From the NCBI GenBank assembly GCA_026026165.1, contig JAPEUD010000057.1:124001-164137 (forward strand): DNA of 40,137 nucleotides. The letters are read 5' to 3'. The first letter of the stretch is position 1. Each line of letters starts with the position of its first letter. Made by a program: the position numbers and the translations under genes. Source of the stretch: Sarea resinae (lineage: Eukaryota). Shown here piece by piece: positions 1 to 11,280 of the stretch. The notes under the pieces were generated by a model. The model ran no database searches. It was not told the origin of the DNA and was given only the letters and a program-made list of their open reading frames with translations.

Positions 1-448
1 TCGTCCAAGCCAGCCAGACTGATCAATGACATGACCACGGCCCCGAATTCCGGGTTTCTCTCCAAGCTGAAATATCTCTTTCCGCCCGCTTTTCGGACAG
101 CTGCTCCGAACATGACGGCAGAATATCCCACATAGCCGCCGAGTTCGACCATGGTTTGGGGCTTCACTTGGGCAATCAGGTCCGTCACGATCTTGCCCTT
201 GTATTCTCCGACATTCATCAGATATCTCTCCTTCCGGGCGAACTCGTCGATGGTGCGCAAAACTGCCGTTGGGGAGCCTCGAATTTCCGCTATCGAGGGA
301 TGGTTGTAGATGAAGTGAAGGAGCTCGATTTCCCGGCCATCGTCAAACTAGAAGCTTGTGAGATGTATTTCCCCGGGCGAGGCGACAAACTTACAAAGAC
401 CTCGGATTCCTGCTCGGCATACGCTTTCTTTTCGTCGAAGGGAGCCAT
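1..448 (-). CDS. Catechol-O-methyltransferase-like SAM O-methyltransferase (mycosporine MysB-type); 5' part only, truncated by the window edge
   Basis: Manual translation: exon1 448-395 MAPFDEKKAYAEQESEVF; intron 394-348 (GTAAGT..TAG); exon2 347-1 FDDGREIELLHFIY...YLMNVGEYKGKIV...MVELGGYVGYSAV...YFSLERNPEFG. It has the COMT-family SAM-binding motif (ELGGYVGYS) and is divergent from DDGS. Not in the ORF track. Confidence 0.88.
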
Positions 449-1790
449 TGGAGGTTTGACGCCTGTGGAGCAAGAAACTGCTATATGAATTCAAAATCGC
501 ATGAGTCTGGAGTATGTCACTACATGCAATTGGCAGTAATCAACATGCAGGCTCGCAACATTGCGTATGCCGCACCAGTGCTTGGTTGGACTGGGAGCGC
601 ATACCCGAGTCATCGAATTTCCGGCGAAAGCAGCGACCGCTGTTGATTCTAGGGCAAACGAATCAGGCTATACCATCGAGAGGGACCAAAAGCAGACATT
701 CCAGGCCAATCCCATTCTCCTCGTGCACGCAGTCTTTGCAAGTCGGCCGAAGATCGACTTCAAAACATAACGTCAGATTGAGCCTGGACAGCGACGCGAC
801 TACGCCCGTTCCGGTTCGTGGTGTACTTCGTAGTACTGTTCCCCGGATCTTCGACCGAACTCCGGACCTCGTAGTCTACCACGTACGGAGTAGTATCTAG
901 CTTCGTAGTATCTTCAGCTTGCACGAACATGATGTAGTTGACAATTGGCAGGACTCTTGATGTCCTGGACCGGTTCACACAACGCCTTGCGCCTCTAGAA
1001 GTATGCCATTGGGCCTCGTGGCTGCGATGATTTGGTCTGATCCCTCTATTCGTTGCGGAACTCACCCTCACCCCAATTGCCGTGCCCTTGGTATCTCAAC
1101 GCATCATCATCACGATAGAGTCTCAAGCATCAAAGAGTCCCAGCCGACCAATGCTGAGATCATCACTAGACACAAAGTTTGACTCCCGTTCCTAGAGCCT
1201 TTCAGAGCCATCACGACAGCTGCCCTGATGCCCAAAGTGGCATTGTCGTGTTGCGAACGGCCCCTGTGGCGCTTTGACCGGCCCCGGTTCGCGTGCAAAT
1301 GCAGCTCAATCGATCCGGGACGAGATCTGGAGATCTTGCGCTAGATGCTGCCGCGAAAGGGGCCGGCGGAGCCAGCCAAGACGATTCAGCTTAGTCCAGG
1401 CCACGCTACCTGAGGAAGCACTCCAGAGCTTAATTCTTTGATGACTTCACAGATCTTTTGGTCCATAGGCCAACCAATGCGGCACGGATCGAGCACATGG
1501 CTGTTTTAGGCCGAGTCGGATTCTTCGACATCACCACTCAAGCCTGAAGCAATCCCGCCGACTAAAGCGAGATTCCATATCACTCTAGCCCAGCCGGTGT
1601 ACAGATTATTACCACGACATCAAAGCCAAGCATCTTCATGTGCCATTGAGATGGTTGACGTGATCATCTTGATGCCACAATATGCACCGTAGTCATTAAC
1701 GACCTCTAGCCAGTTTTTCTATATTTTCCTCACAGTCGTCGCAGCGAAACGCACAGCATTATATCTGCTAATCCAAGAATTGCTCTCATC

Positions 1791-3508
1791 ATGTCTGATC
1801 TCAACGCCTCCGTCAGCGAGACTTCGAACGGTTTCCACGTTGAAGGCTACGAGAAGATATCCTACGACTTTACCTTCTTGGACGGAGTCTTCAACCCTCA
1901 CAATTCGAACCTTGCCGACTGCTACAAGAAATGGGGTCGTGTTCTTGCCGTGACAGATCTCAACATCTTCAACCTCTATGGCAAGCAGATGGAGAACTAT
2001 TTCGAGGCCTATGGCTTGGAGTTGAAGATCCACAAAACTAAGATTGGAGAAAAGGCAAAGACCATTCCAACTTTTCTCAGTATCGTTGACTCGATGAACG
2101 AGTTTGGAATCATCCGCAAAGTATGATCATCTCTCAAATATACTTGATTTTACTGACTTTTCAGGAACCGGTGCTCGTTGTTGGTGGCGGATTAGTGACC
2201 GATGTTGCTGGGTAAAACTTTGCCATTGCCAGAGATCATATCAAGGCACTCTGTCCCGCCTATATCGTTGGTCTTTTATTTGGTCCCAACTGACGGCCTG
2301 CATCCAGATTTGCTTGCGCGGCCTATCGCAGAAGCACGAACTTCATTCGAGTACCTACCACGGTCATTGGACTGATTGATGCTTCCGTATCGATCAAGGT
2401 CGCCGTTAATTATGGCAATTACAAGAATCGGCTGGGAGCTTACCATGCACCGATTCATACTTTTCTTGACTTTTCGTTCCTCCGCACCTTGCCCACGGCG
2501 CAGATCAGGAACGGATTTGCCGAACTGATCAAGATCTCGACTTGCTCACACCTCGAGACCTTTAACCTCCTCGATGAGCACTGCGAGGAGATTATCGAGA
2601 CGGCATTTGGGCGTTCCGATGGAGCATCGGCCAGTGTCCGCGCAGCCGCCGATAAGATCAACAAGGACGGCATCTACGAGATGTTGAGGCTTGAAAGTCC
2701 TAACCTGCACGAGATTGGTTTGGATAGAGTCATTGCTTATGGCCATACGTATGTACACCCCTTGGTTAGCAATCCTCATCTAATCCATCGCAGGTGGTCG
2801 CCCATGCATGAGCTTGTGCCAGAGGTTCCGCTCCGCCATGGCCATGCCATCTCTATCGACATGGCATATTCGGCAACGCTGGCCCACATGCGAGGGCTCA
2901 TCTCCGACACGGAGTATCGAAGGATTCTCAACCTGTTTTCCCGGGCCGGTCTGTCAATGGACCATGATCAATTCGACGAAGAGATTCTCGACAAGGGCAC
3001 GGCAGCAATCCTCAAGACGCGCGACGGAAAGCTTCGCGCTGCAGTGCCCAATCCCATCGGCACATGTACTTTTTTGAACGATGTGTCCGCGGCCGAGTTG
3101 AATGCCGCTCTTCGTCGACACAAGACGACCATGAAGGAATACCCTCGCCAAGGCCAAGGTCTCGAGGCGTTTGTTGACGCCAGCGACACTGGATATACGG
3201 AGAATAGCATCCAGGAGAATGAGGCGACCGACTTTGCGGCCGACAAGGCGGGCGAGATGAATGGCAATGGGCACATGAATGGCAATGGTCACATCAATGG
3301 CCATGGCAATAAAGCCAATGGAAACGGTCACATGAACGGCAATGGCCACATTAGCAATGGCCACATCAATGGCCGTGATCATGCCAACGCCGCCAAAGTC
3401 AAAAAGGACATGTTGTTCAATCCGACCGACGACGACGGTGATGGTGGTTTGGGCGACGGCATGGCCCAGAGACGTGTCGATGGATTGGTCGGCAAAGCCA
3501 GCGCTTAG
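1791..3508 (+). CDS. Demethyl-4-deoxygadusol synthase (sedoheptulose-7-phosphate cyclase, DHQS-like; MysA-type)
   Basis: Exons 1791-2120, 2165-2211, 2308-2748, 2794-3508. Motifs GEKAKT, VVGGGLVTDVAGFACAAYRR, PTTVIGLIDASVSIKVAVN, KNRLGAYH, LESPNLHE, AYGHTWSP, LRHGHAISIDM, KTRDGKLR. C-terminal NGH-rich tail. Confidence 0.93.
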
Positions 3509-4172
3509 GTGTCGATGTTTATTTTGTTTCTCCATTGGGTAATCTCCATAGTCAAAAGTAACAAATATACGGAGTACATGGATAGAGAGCCAGAGCCGGG
3601 ATGGCTGCCAGGTACCAACAATCCGGTAGACCGCGATGGCGATCGCCTCAATTGCTGTGACCTTACGTACGACTTGGCCCGACTTGGCTCGACTTGGGCA
3701 GCGTCAAAGTAGTGTAGTCACGCCACCAGTCCAACGTGAAGGAAAGCATCGTGTGACTGCGGTTCTCCCATCGGTGATGCGGAACAGAACTTACTTCAGT
3801 AGATCTTCTCCGCACCCCGTCCCGTGCCGCCCGGAGCAAGACTGTGTGACTTGGGGCCGTGAGACTTTTCATTCATGGTCGAGTGAAAGATGACAACTCA
3901 GTGCCTCCACTCATAGAGACGAATGGATTGTGGTGTTGATCGTCTCCGACCGTCAGACTCGAGCTGTTCAACTGCATGACGTGTACGAACGATCAACCGT
4001 CAGTCGCACACGCTCTAGGGCTCCGCCGCCACATTTGTTGTGACCTCGACCAGCCCCAGCTTTCCGCTCTCACCTCCACCTCGCCCTCCCCATCAGAGTC
4101 CCAAGCATCCATTTCGACGAGCGCACGCTCAGCCAAATCGTCTCGTCGATTGTTGATGTGGAGATTGCCGAC

Positions 4173-5705
4173 ATGTTGGACCGGAGTTCCTCGTGGCTGG
4201 CGCACCTCTCGCAGAATGCCGCTCTCATTCTTTTGAGCCTCGCATTCCTGCCTCTCAGTACCGCCGTCCTTTTCGTCAGCTACGCCCTCGGAGCCTTCAA
4301 ACATCCCAGCCCGGGACGATGTCGCCTTCGACGCTCGAGACACTTTTACCCCAAGACCATACTCGTCACGGGTGTCGGCATGGCGAAAGGATTGACCCTG
4401 GCCCGGACCTTCTACCAGGCGGGTCACAATGTCATCGGGGCCGACTTTGAGTCTGATGGCATTCCCGTCAACGGCAGATTCTCGCGGTCTTTGCTTCGCT
4501 TTTACCGTCTTTCAAAGGCCGAGTCCCCCAATGGCGCCTCGGAGTATCTGCAGGATCTACTCTCGCTGATCAAAAGGGAAAAGGTGGATCTGTGGGTGAG
4601 CTGCTCGGGCGTGGCGACGGCCATTGAGGATGGCCTGGCCAAAGAGATTATCGAAAGCCAAACCAGCTGCAAGGCCATACAATTCGATGTCAGGACCACG
4701 TCGACTCTGCACGAGAAGAACTCCTTTATCGACAAGACGAGAAGTCTGGGTCTCACTGTGCCGGAAACCTACCACGTCACATCGCGCGCTGCTGTCCACA
4801 AGATCCTGCACACCGCCGACGTCAAGCAATACATCATGAAGCCCGTCGGCATGGATGATGCGACGCGTGGAGACATGACCCTGCTACCTCGACCGACGAT
4901 CAGCGAGACATATAACCATGTGGCCAAGATCAAGATCTCAAAGGAATATCCTTGGGTGCTGCAGCAGTACATTCGCGGAACGGAATATTGCACGCATGCA
5001 GTGATCGTCAAGGGCGCCGTCAAAGCCTTTGTCGCCTGTCCGTCGGCAGAGCTGCTCATGCATTACGAGGCCCTTTCCCCAAGATCTGCACTCTCACGGG
5101 CAATGCTACAATTCACGCGGCAATTTGCGGCACGTTATGGGGGGGACTTGACGGGTCATCTCTCGTTTGATTTTCTCGTCGATGAGAAGGTGACGGAGAA
5201 GGGTGTGGAGCAAATTCTTTATCCTATCGAGAGCAACCCCCGCGCCCATACTGCGGATGTGCTCTTGGAAGGGATGGGTGGGAAGCTTGCGGAGGCATAT
5301 CTCTCTGTCCTTGGTCCCGAGTCTAATGGCAAGGTCAACGGAAATGTCAACGGAAATGTCAATGGCAATGTCAAGGGCATCAACGACTCTCTGCAGCGCG
5401 TTGTTGTAGCCCCATCCCAGTGCCCAAAATATTACTGGTTGGGCCACGACGTCGTATCTCTCGTCTTGCATCCACTTTTTCGCCTTTTCACAGGCCTCAT
5501 CACTCTTTCCCAATTCTTTCATCATGTTCTTACATTCCTGACCCATCTCGTCAGCTACAAGGACCCAACGTTTGAATCCTGGGATCCTCTACCCTGGTGG
5601 TGGTTATACCAGGTCTATTGGCCGGGGAAATTCCTGATGGCGATGGCTTGCAGAAGGAAGTGGAGCAGGGTCAATGTCAGCACGACAAAGATGTTTGCGT
5701 GCTGA
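4173..5705 (+). CDS. ATP-grasp ligase (mycosporine MysC-type)
   Basis: Intronless; first ATG at 4173. Hydrophobic N-terminus, ILVTGVGMAKGLTLAR, YIMKP, WVLQQYIRGTEYCTHA, TGHLSFDF, YPIESNPRAHT, KDPTFESWDPLPWWWLYQVYWP. Adjacent to DDGS and the O-methyltransferase. Confidence 0.88.
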   Translation: MLDRSSSWLAHLSQNAALILLSLAFLPLSTAVLFVSYALGAFKHPSPGRCRLRRSRHFYPKTILVTGVGMAKGLTLARTFYQAGHNVIGADFESDGIPVNGRFSRSLLRFYRLSKAESPNGASEYLQDLLSLIKREKVDLWVSCSGVATAIEDGLAKEIIESQTSCKAIQFDVRTTSTLHEKNSFIDKTRSLGLTVPETYHVTSRAAVHKILHTADVKQYIMKPVGMDDATRGDMTLLPRPTISETYNHVAKIKISKEYPWVLQQYIRGTEYCTHAVIVKGAVKAFVACPSAELLMHYEALSPRSALSRAMLQFTRQFAARYGGDLTGHLSFDFLVDEKVTEKGVEQILYPIESNPRAHTADVLLEGMGGKLAEAYLSVLGPESNGKVNGNVNGNVNGNVKGINDSLQRVVVAPSQCPKYYWLGHDVVSLVLHPLFRLFTGLITLSQFFHHVLTFLTHLVSYKDPTFESWDPLPWWWLYQVYWPGKFLMAMACRRKWSRVNVSTTKMFAC

Positions 5706-6094
5706 GCGGAGAGATGACTGGAATAGCGGGCTGGATGTCTTAGTTCTTTGGCGGGCGTTGGCGGTACATTGCAATAAGATTGATATTTTTGAGTGATATG
5801 AGATATGCCCTTATGAATAGAATGAATTACCTTTTTTATGTTAATTTCCGTAGTATGTAAATCGTCACGTATATTTGTCAACGCGCGTTTCTGACTCTTG
5901 AGGTCAGGTCAATCCGAGAAATTATCAGGGAAACCCAAAGTCAAATGTAGAACAAAACAAAGAATGCCTGGCTTGATCTATAATAACGGGGAAATTGCCG
6001 ATAGACACCGCATCGGTAAGCTGTGATCACCGGGTAACCCTGCGAGTATCAAATCAATTGAAGCTTGATGCGCAAATCTCACCAAATATTCGCC

Positions 6095-7868
6095 ATGGAC
6101 GACATGTCGGAAGAAGATGCTCTTCGGAGCTTTCTTCCTACCTCTTTTGGAAAGCAGTCAAAGGAAGCCAATGTGGCCGCGCAGATTGACAGAACCAAGC
6201 GCACCATCGATTCGAAGCCGGACGATCAGCCTGATCTGGCTGCCAATGCCTCGGATTCCGACTCTGGCAATGATTCCGATGATGAATCCGACGCGTCGTC
6301 TGATGATGAATTTCCAGTCTCGCACGAGCTTGTCCTGAAAACTCATGAGCGTGCCGTCACCACGGCGACTCTCGATCCATCTGGGTCCCGCCTCATAACA
6401 GGATCCACCGATTGCACCATCAAGCTGCACGATTTCGCTTCAATGACCCCAACAACGTTGCGAGCCTTCAAATCTGTAGACCCGAATGCTTCAAAGGGAT
6501 CTGCTACGTCAGAGGTTCATCCGGTTCACCAAGCAATGTTCAATCCAAATTCCCCTGGCCAAGTCCTGGTCATCTCTGCCCTCCCGCAAGCCAAGATCCT
6601 GAGTCGGGATGGAGAAGTGGTCACAGAATTCATCAAAGGGGACATGTATCTACGAGATATGCACAACACGAAAGGGCACATCTCGGAGATCACTTCTGGT
6701 GCCTGGCATCCTACGAATCGAGACATTTGTGTCACCGCGGGCACGGACAGCACACTTCGAATCTGGGATGTCAATTTCAAGCGATCGCAAAAGGAGGTCA
6801 TAGTACACAAGTCGAGAGTTGCGGGGTCGGCAGGAAGGACGAGGATGACAGCTGTTGCGTGGGGTTCTCCTGCTCAGGGTGGCAATAATGTCCTGGTGTC
6901 GGCAGCTTTGGACGGGAGTCTGGTCATGTGGAGCGGCGACGGTCCTTTTACCAGACCGGCTGGGGAGATTAGAGATGCCCACTCTAAAAATACTTGGACT
7001 GGTGGACTGGATATCAGCCCGGATGGAAGGCTGGTTGTTACTAGGGGTGGAGATGATACTATCAAGCGTATGTTTTTTGTCTATTGTTTTACTCCTGCTA
7101 ACGGTCCTAGTATGGGATACGCGGAAATTCAAATCTCCAATAACGGTCGTGTCGCATCCATCAACTTCAAGCCAATACCCGACATCAAATATCCGCTTTT
7201 CGCCCAATTCTTCAAATGTCATCACCGGCTCTCAAACCGGTCATCTACATATCCTCAATCCAGCAACCCTCAAGCCCGATCTTGTCACCCCAGTCACACC
7301 CGGATCTCCTTTGATTACTGTCTTATGGCACGACAAGCTGAATCAGATCATCACCGGCTCGGCCAATGCTGAGACTCATGTTCTTTATAATCCGAATACA
7401 TCTTCTCGCGGCGCAACCTTGGTCATGTCGAAAGCTCCCAAACGACGACATATCGACGATGATCCAAATCTCACTACTGATCTATCTCAAGGCCTCTCCG
7501 GCGACAGCATCGTCAACCCGAACGGGCTATTGACCAGCACCAACCAAGCTTCCACCAGTTATGCCGCACGACATCCCGGCGTTGGACTGACAGCATCTGG
7601 ACGATCTCGAGATCCTCGACGACCACATATGCCAGCCTCCACACCTTTTGCCAAAAGCCAACCAGATGAGAAACATATCAAGGACAATATCCCTCTCAGC
7701 TCGATGCGTGACGAGGACCCACGGGAGGCCCTCCTCAAATACGCAGAAAAGGCGGAGAAGGATCCAATGTTTACGAATGCATGGAAACATACTCAACCCA
7801 AGACCATCTATGCGGAGATTAGTGACGAAGAGGACGAAGGGCCAGAGAAGAAAAAGGCCCGTAAATGA
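6095..7868 (+). CDS. WD40-repeat protein, WDR70/GAD-1-like
   Basis: Exons 6095-7067 and 7111-7868 (intron GTATGT..TAG joins TIKL|WDTRKF). FLPTSFGK N-terminus, KGDMYLRDMHNTKGH, WD repeats, C-terminal DEDPREALLKYAEKAEKDPMFTNAWKHTQPKTIY. Confidence 0.87.
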
Positions 7869-7885
7869 CGGACTCTGAGAGGGTC

Positions 7886-7988
7886 ATGGCGTGTATCACG
7901 TATATGGCATAGGCGTATCATGTATCTGGGCGTTTGGCGTATTACGTATGGCGTATATGGCGTATCAATGGCATCTCAGGCGTATCAT
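7886..7988 (+). repeat. Cluster of degenerate (T)GGCGTAT/GGCGTT motifs in the WD40 gene 3' region
   Basis: About 7 GGCGT cores within ~100 bp right after the stop codon. Confidence 0.55.
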
Positions 7989-8398
7989 CAACAGTGTGTC
8001 AAATGGAGTATCAACAGGGAGAAGTCTTTCATGTTGTCGGACTGGTCTTCTGTAAACTGGTGACGCGATAAATGTGTTTGCTCGTTTCGGCAGTGAGCTG
8101 TGCGGTCGCGATGTGCCAAGTACAAATACAGTAGCTCGTCGAATAGCCCGTCGATCGTCGTCGACAGCTTCTAAGCAGCGGCTTATGACTGTCATTTCCT
8201 AACATGTCGATCAACACCATCACCTCTGACTTGTTCCCATCCACCTCTGGTCGATGACAGGATTTCATCCGAGCTTGCGCTTCCTACATATGACGTTCGT
8301 CAGACGTTGCAGCGCCACGCCAACCGATCGAATTTCTCGGGTCAGGTCCTGCGGACATTCGCCCAAGGAGCGCTTCTGCCTCGTGGGACCTCGAAACC

Positions 8399-10291
8399 AT
8401 GATCATACCTACACCGACGGTGCTGACGGCTCTCGCAAAAGATGACGGCGAAAGCAATTTGCAGCGATGGTCCTCGGTCATCGGCATCGTCACCGCGATC
8501 GTCGGCAATATTCTTATTTCTTTTGCCTTGAACATACAACGTTATGCACATATCAGATTGAGCAGGGAACAAAAGGCGATCTCAGCGAAAGCAGGCAACC
8601 AGACGGATGAGAATGCCGGCCGAGCTGATGAGTTTGCGGACCCCCAGGAGACGGATCCTCTTATCCAGTCCAGCCATTCGCGATCGTCTTCGGAATCGCA
8701 AGCAACTATCCGACCATCGGAAAAAGAGAATCAGCCGCCTCCCAAGACATATCTCAAGTCGCCATACTGGTGGGCCGGCATCGTGCTCATGACCGTTGGT
8801 GAAGCGGGCAATTTCCTTGCGTACGGTTTTGCGCCAGCTTCCATCGTGTCTCCACTGGGCGTCGTGGCGTTGATCTCGAACTGTGTCATCGCACCCATCA
8901 TGCTCAAGGAGCCCTTTCGACAACGGGACTTTTGGGGCGTCATGGTAGCCGTCGGTGGAGCCGTGACCGTCGTGTTGAGCGCGAAACAAGAGGAGACCAA
9001 GCTAGGGCCTGGAGCCATCTGGCACGCCATTACCCGCTGGGAGTTTGAGGCTTACTTTGGGATCACCGTGGCTATGATTATTGTTCTCATGTGGGCCAGC
9101 ACCAAGTACGGAGAGAGGACGATCCTAATCGATCTCGGCCTCGTCGGTCTTTTTGGTATGCATCTTTATCCAGTTCAACAAAAATGCTAACCCCCTCAAG
9201 GAGGCTATACTGTGCTATCCACCAAAGGCGTCGCCTCTTTACTTTCCTACACCTTTTGGCGCGTCGTGACCTTCCCCGTCACATATCTCCTCGTCGCCAT
9301 CCTCATCGGCACGGCCTTGATGCAGATCAAATATATCAACCGTGCTCTCCAAAGATTCGATTCCACTCAAGTTATACCCACGCAGTTTGTCCTTTTTACC
9401 ATTTCTGTCATTGTTGGCAGTTCGATTCTGTACAGAGACTTTCAGTCGGCAGGAGGAGACCGATTGGCCAAGTTTATCGGAGGGTGTGCGCTTACGTTTC
9501 TGGGAGTCTACCTGATTACAAGCGGGAGAGAACGTAAAGGTGATGAAGAGGAGGCAATGGGCTTGACCGAAGGCTACGAGGATGAATTAGCTACAAACGC
9601 CCAAGACGAAGCTTCAAGGCCGCCTTCTACCGGTTCATCTACACCGAAACGGCTTCATACACCTGCTTCGGCCTCGAAGACTGCGTCTCTTCATTCAGTC
9701 ACTGACAGCTCATTCCCAATGGATCCATCCCGTCTAGACAATCCCTGGCGATCATCTGACATGACTCCTACTTTCAAGAGGCTCCAACCGCCACTACAGA
9801 CTACAACGTCATCTCCTGTCCTCCCTTCAGAGGCACTGCATGATCGCCCTGTCACGCCTGCCGCTCTCACACACGCGACTCCACGTACAGGCTTCTCTAC
9901 CCTCTCGAGAAAGTCCTTTTCTAAAATGATGCCTGCTACCTTTGTTTCTCCTTTATCATCATCACTAAGCGCCGTCGTCGCGGATGAGCTTCGTCGAAGT
10001 CAAGATCATTCTCCAATCAAGCCTCGGACGAATCGATCCCATTCGACTGGATTGAGAAAGACGCAATCTCATCGGAATCGATCAAGGGCCCCGTCTATCG
10101 TGTCTACTTTGCCCAGCCAGGACGACCATCACGATCACGATCACGCCGTTCACGATGGAGAGTCAGATACGCCACCTCAAAGCAGCGCCGGAAAGGGAAG
10201 AAGCCTGAGCGCTACTTTTGGGGGCTTTTTAAAGCGAGCGGAAAGTGCCAAGAGAAATGAGGCCGAACAGGAGAATCCGAGTGACGCATGA
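8399..10291 (+). CDS. NIPA-family (DUF803) magnesium transporter-like membrane protein
   Basis: Exons 8399-9155 and 9201-10291. IGIVTAIVGNILISFALNIQRYAH, YLKSPYWWAG, GEAGNFLAYGFAPASIVSPLG, GGYTVLSTKG, YINRALQRFDSTQVIPTQFVLFT; low-complexity C-terminal tail. Confidence 0.9.
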
Positions 10292-10581
10292 TACCGTCTG
10301 GCATTTCAGCATCTGGAGCTTTGAACAGGCGTATAGGTTTGGTAGTTTGTCGGATACGAGTGCCGGTTTCCTGTTTATTACCTTTCCGGTCAATGCCCGT
10401 ATAATAGTATTATCCAAAGTATGATTGCATATTCACGTTCAAAAGTTTATGGTAGCCGAACGCCATTGAAGCATATATACACATGGCAGCATCAGGCTGA
10501 TGCACGCGGGCTGAGACCATCGATTCAAAGATCCCGCAGACTATAGCTTGTAACATCCCACTGCAAGTAACTCGCAGTTCC

Positions 10582-10876
10582 TCAATGATCCTGTCCGTGC
10601 TCCCCGCCATGGCCATCGTTCAGGAACAGATATTCGTAGCCGCAGTAGGCCGCAAATGCCACCGAGGCTATACCGAGGCCGGGCAGGCCGCCCTTGAGGC
10701 GATTAAACCGAGAAAAAGGGCCGCTGTATCGCCATGCCTCACTATGCAAGTCAGCATGATTCGTTTCTTTGGATATCGACTTACGCTCTTGCCCATGGGT
10801 CCTTGGCCGGTGTGCCGGATGCTGCGGCGAGTTTGGCGGGATCGAAGCCCGTGAGGTTTCCTCGTCGAGGGGCCAT
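10582..10876 (-). CDS. NADH:ubiquinone oxidoreductase B12 subunit (NDUFB3/NB2M homolog), 83 aa
   Basis: Manual splice: exon1 10876-10785, intron 10784-10742 (GTAAGT..GCTGAC..TAG), exon2 10741-10582. Protein MAPRRGNLTGFDPAKLAAASGTPAKDPWARAEAWRYSGPFSRFNRLKGGLPGLGIASVAFAAYCGYEYLFLNDGHGGEHGQDH*, with the DPWAR.EAWRY motif, one TM helix and a His-rich tail. Absent from the ORF track. Confidence 0.92.
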
Positions 10877-11280
10877 TGCGATGACTAGACCAAGATCAGT
10901 GAGACCCTCAAAAGTGGTGATGAGGACTTACTTTTAGGAAGTGCGAGTTCGAATGAGTTGATGAGCTCGATGTTCGGTTTCGGCGTATCCATTGTAAAGT
11001 GGCCGGTCTTGGCAAGATCGATGTGATGACTAAGCGATCTGGGGAACAGACACATCATGAATGAGAACACCTCGAGTCAACGCCAGAACCATGCTCTCTG
11101 TCCTTTTCAATTCCACGGAACATTATCATTCGAGAATCACAAAAGGCAAAGGAACGGCAAGAAACGCGGACTGCGACGCGCATTGCGAGCTATTGGACCT
11201 CTACCTGCTTTTTGTTTCAGTGCTCCACGGATGCTTCGACCAAGGAATTCACCTCTACCTCATCTCTTCCGAATCTAGAC

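Noticed and set aside
500..1790. Short ORFs between O-MT and DDGS, and at 16.6-17.7 kb
   Set aside because: No recognisable motifs, codon bias or convincing splice structure; treated as intergenic.
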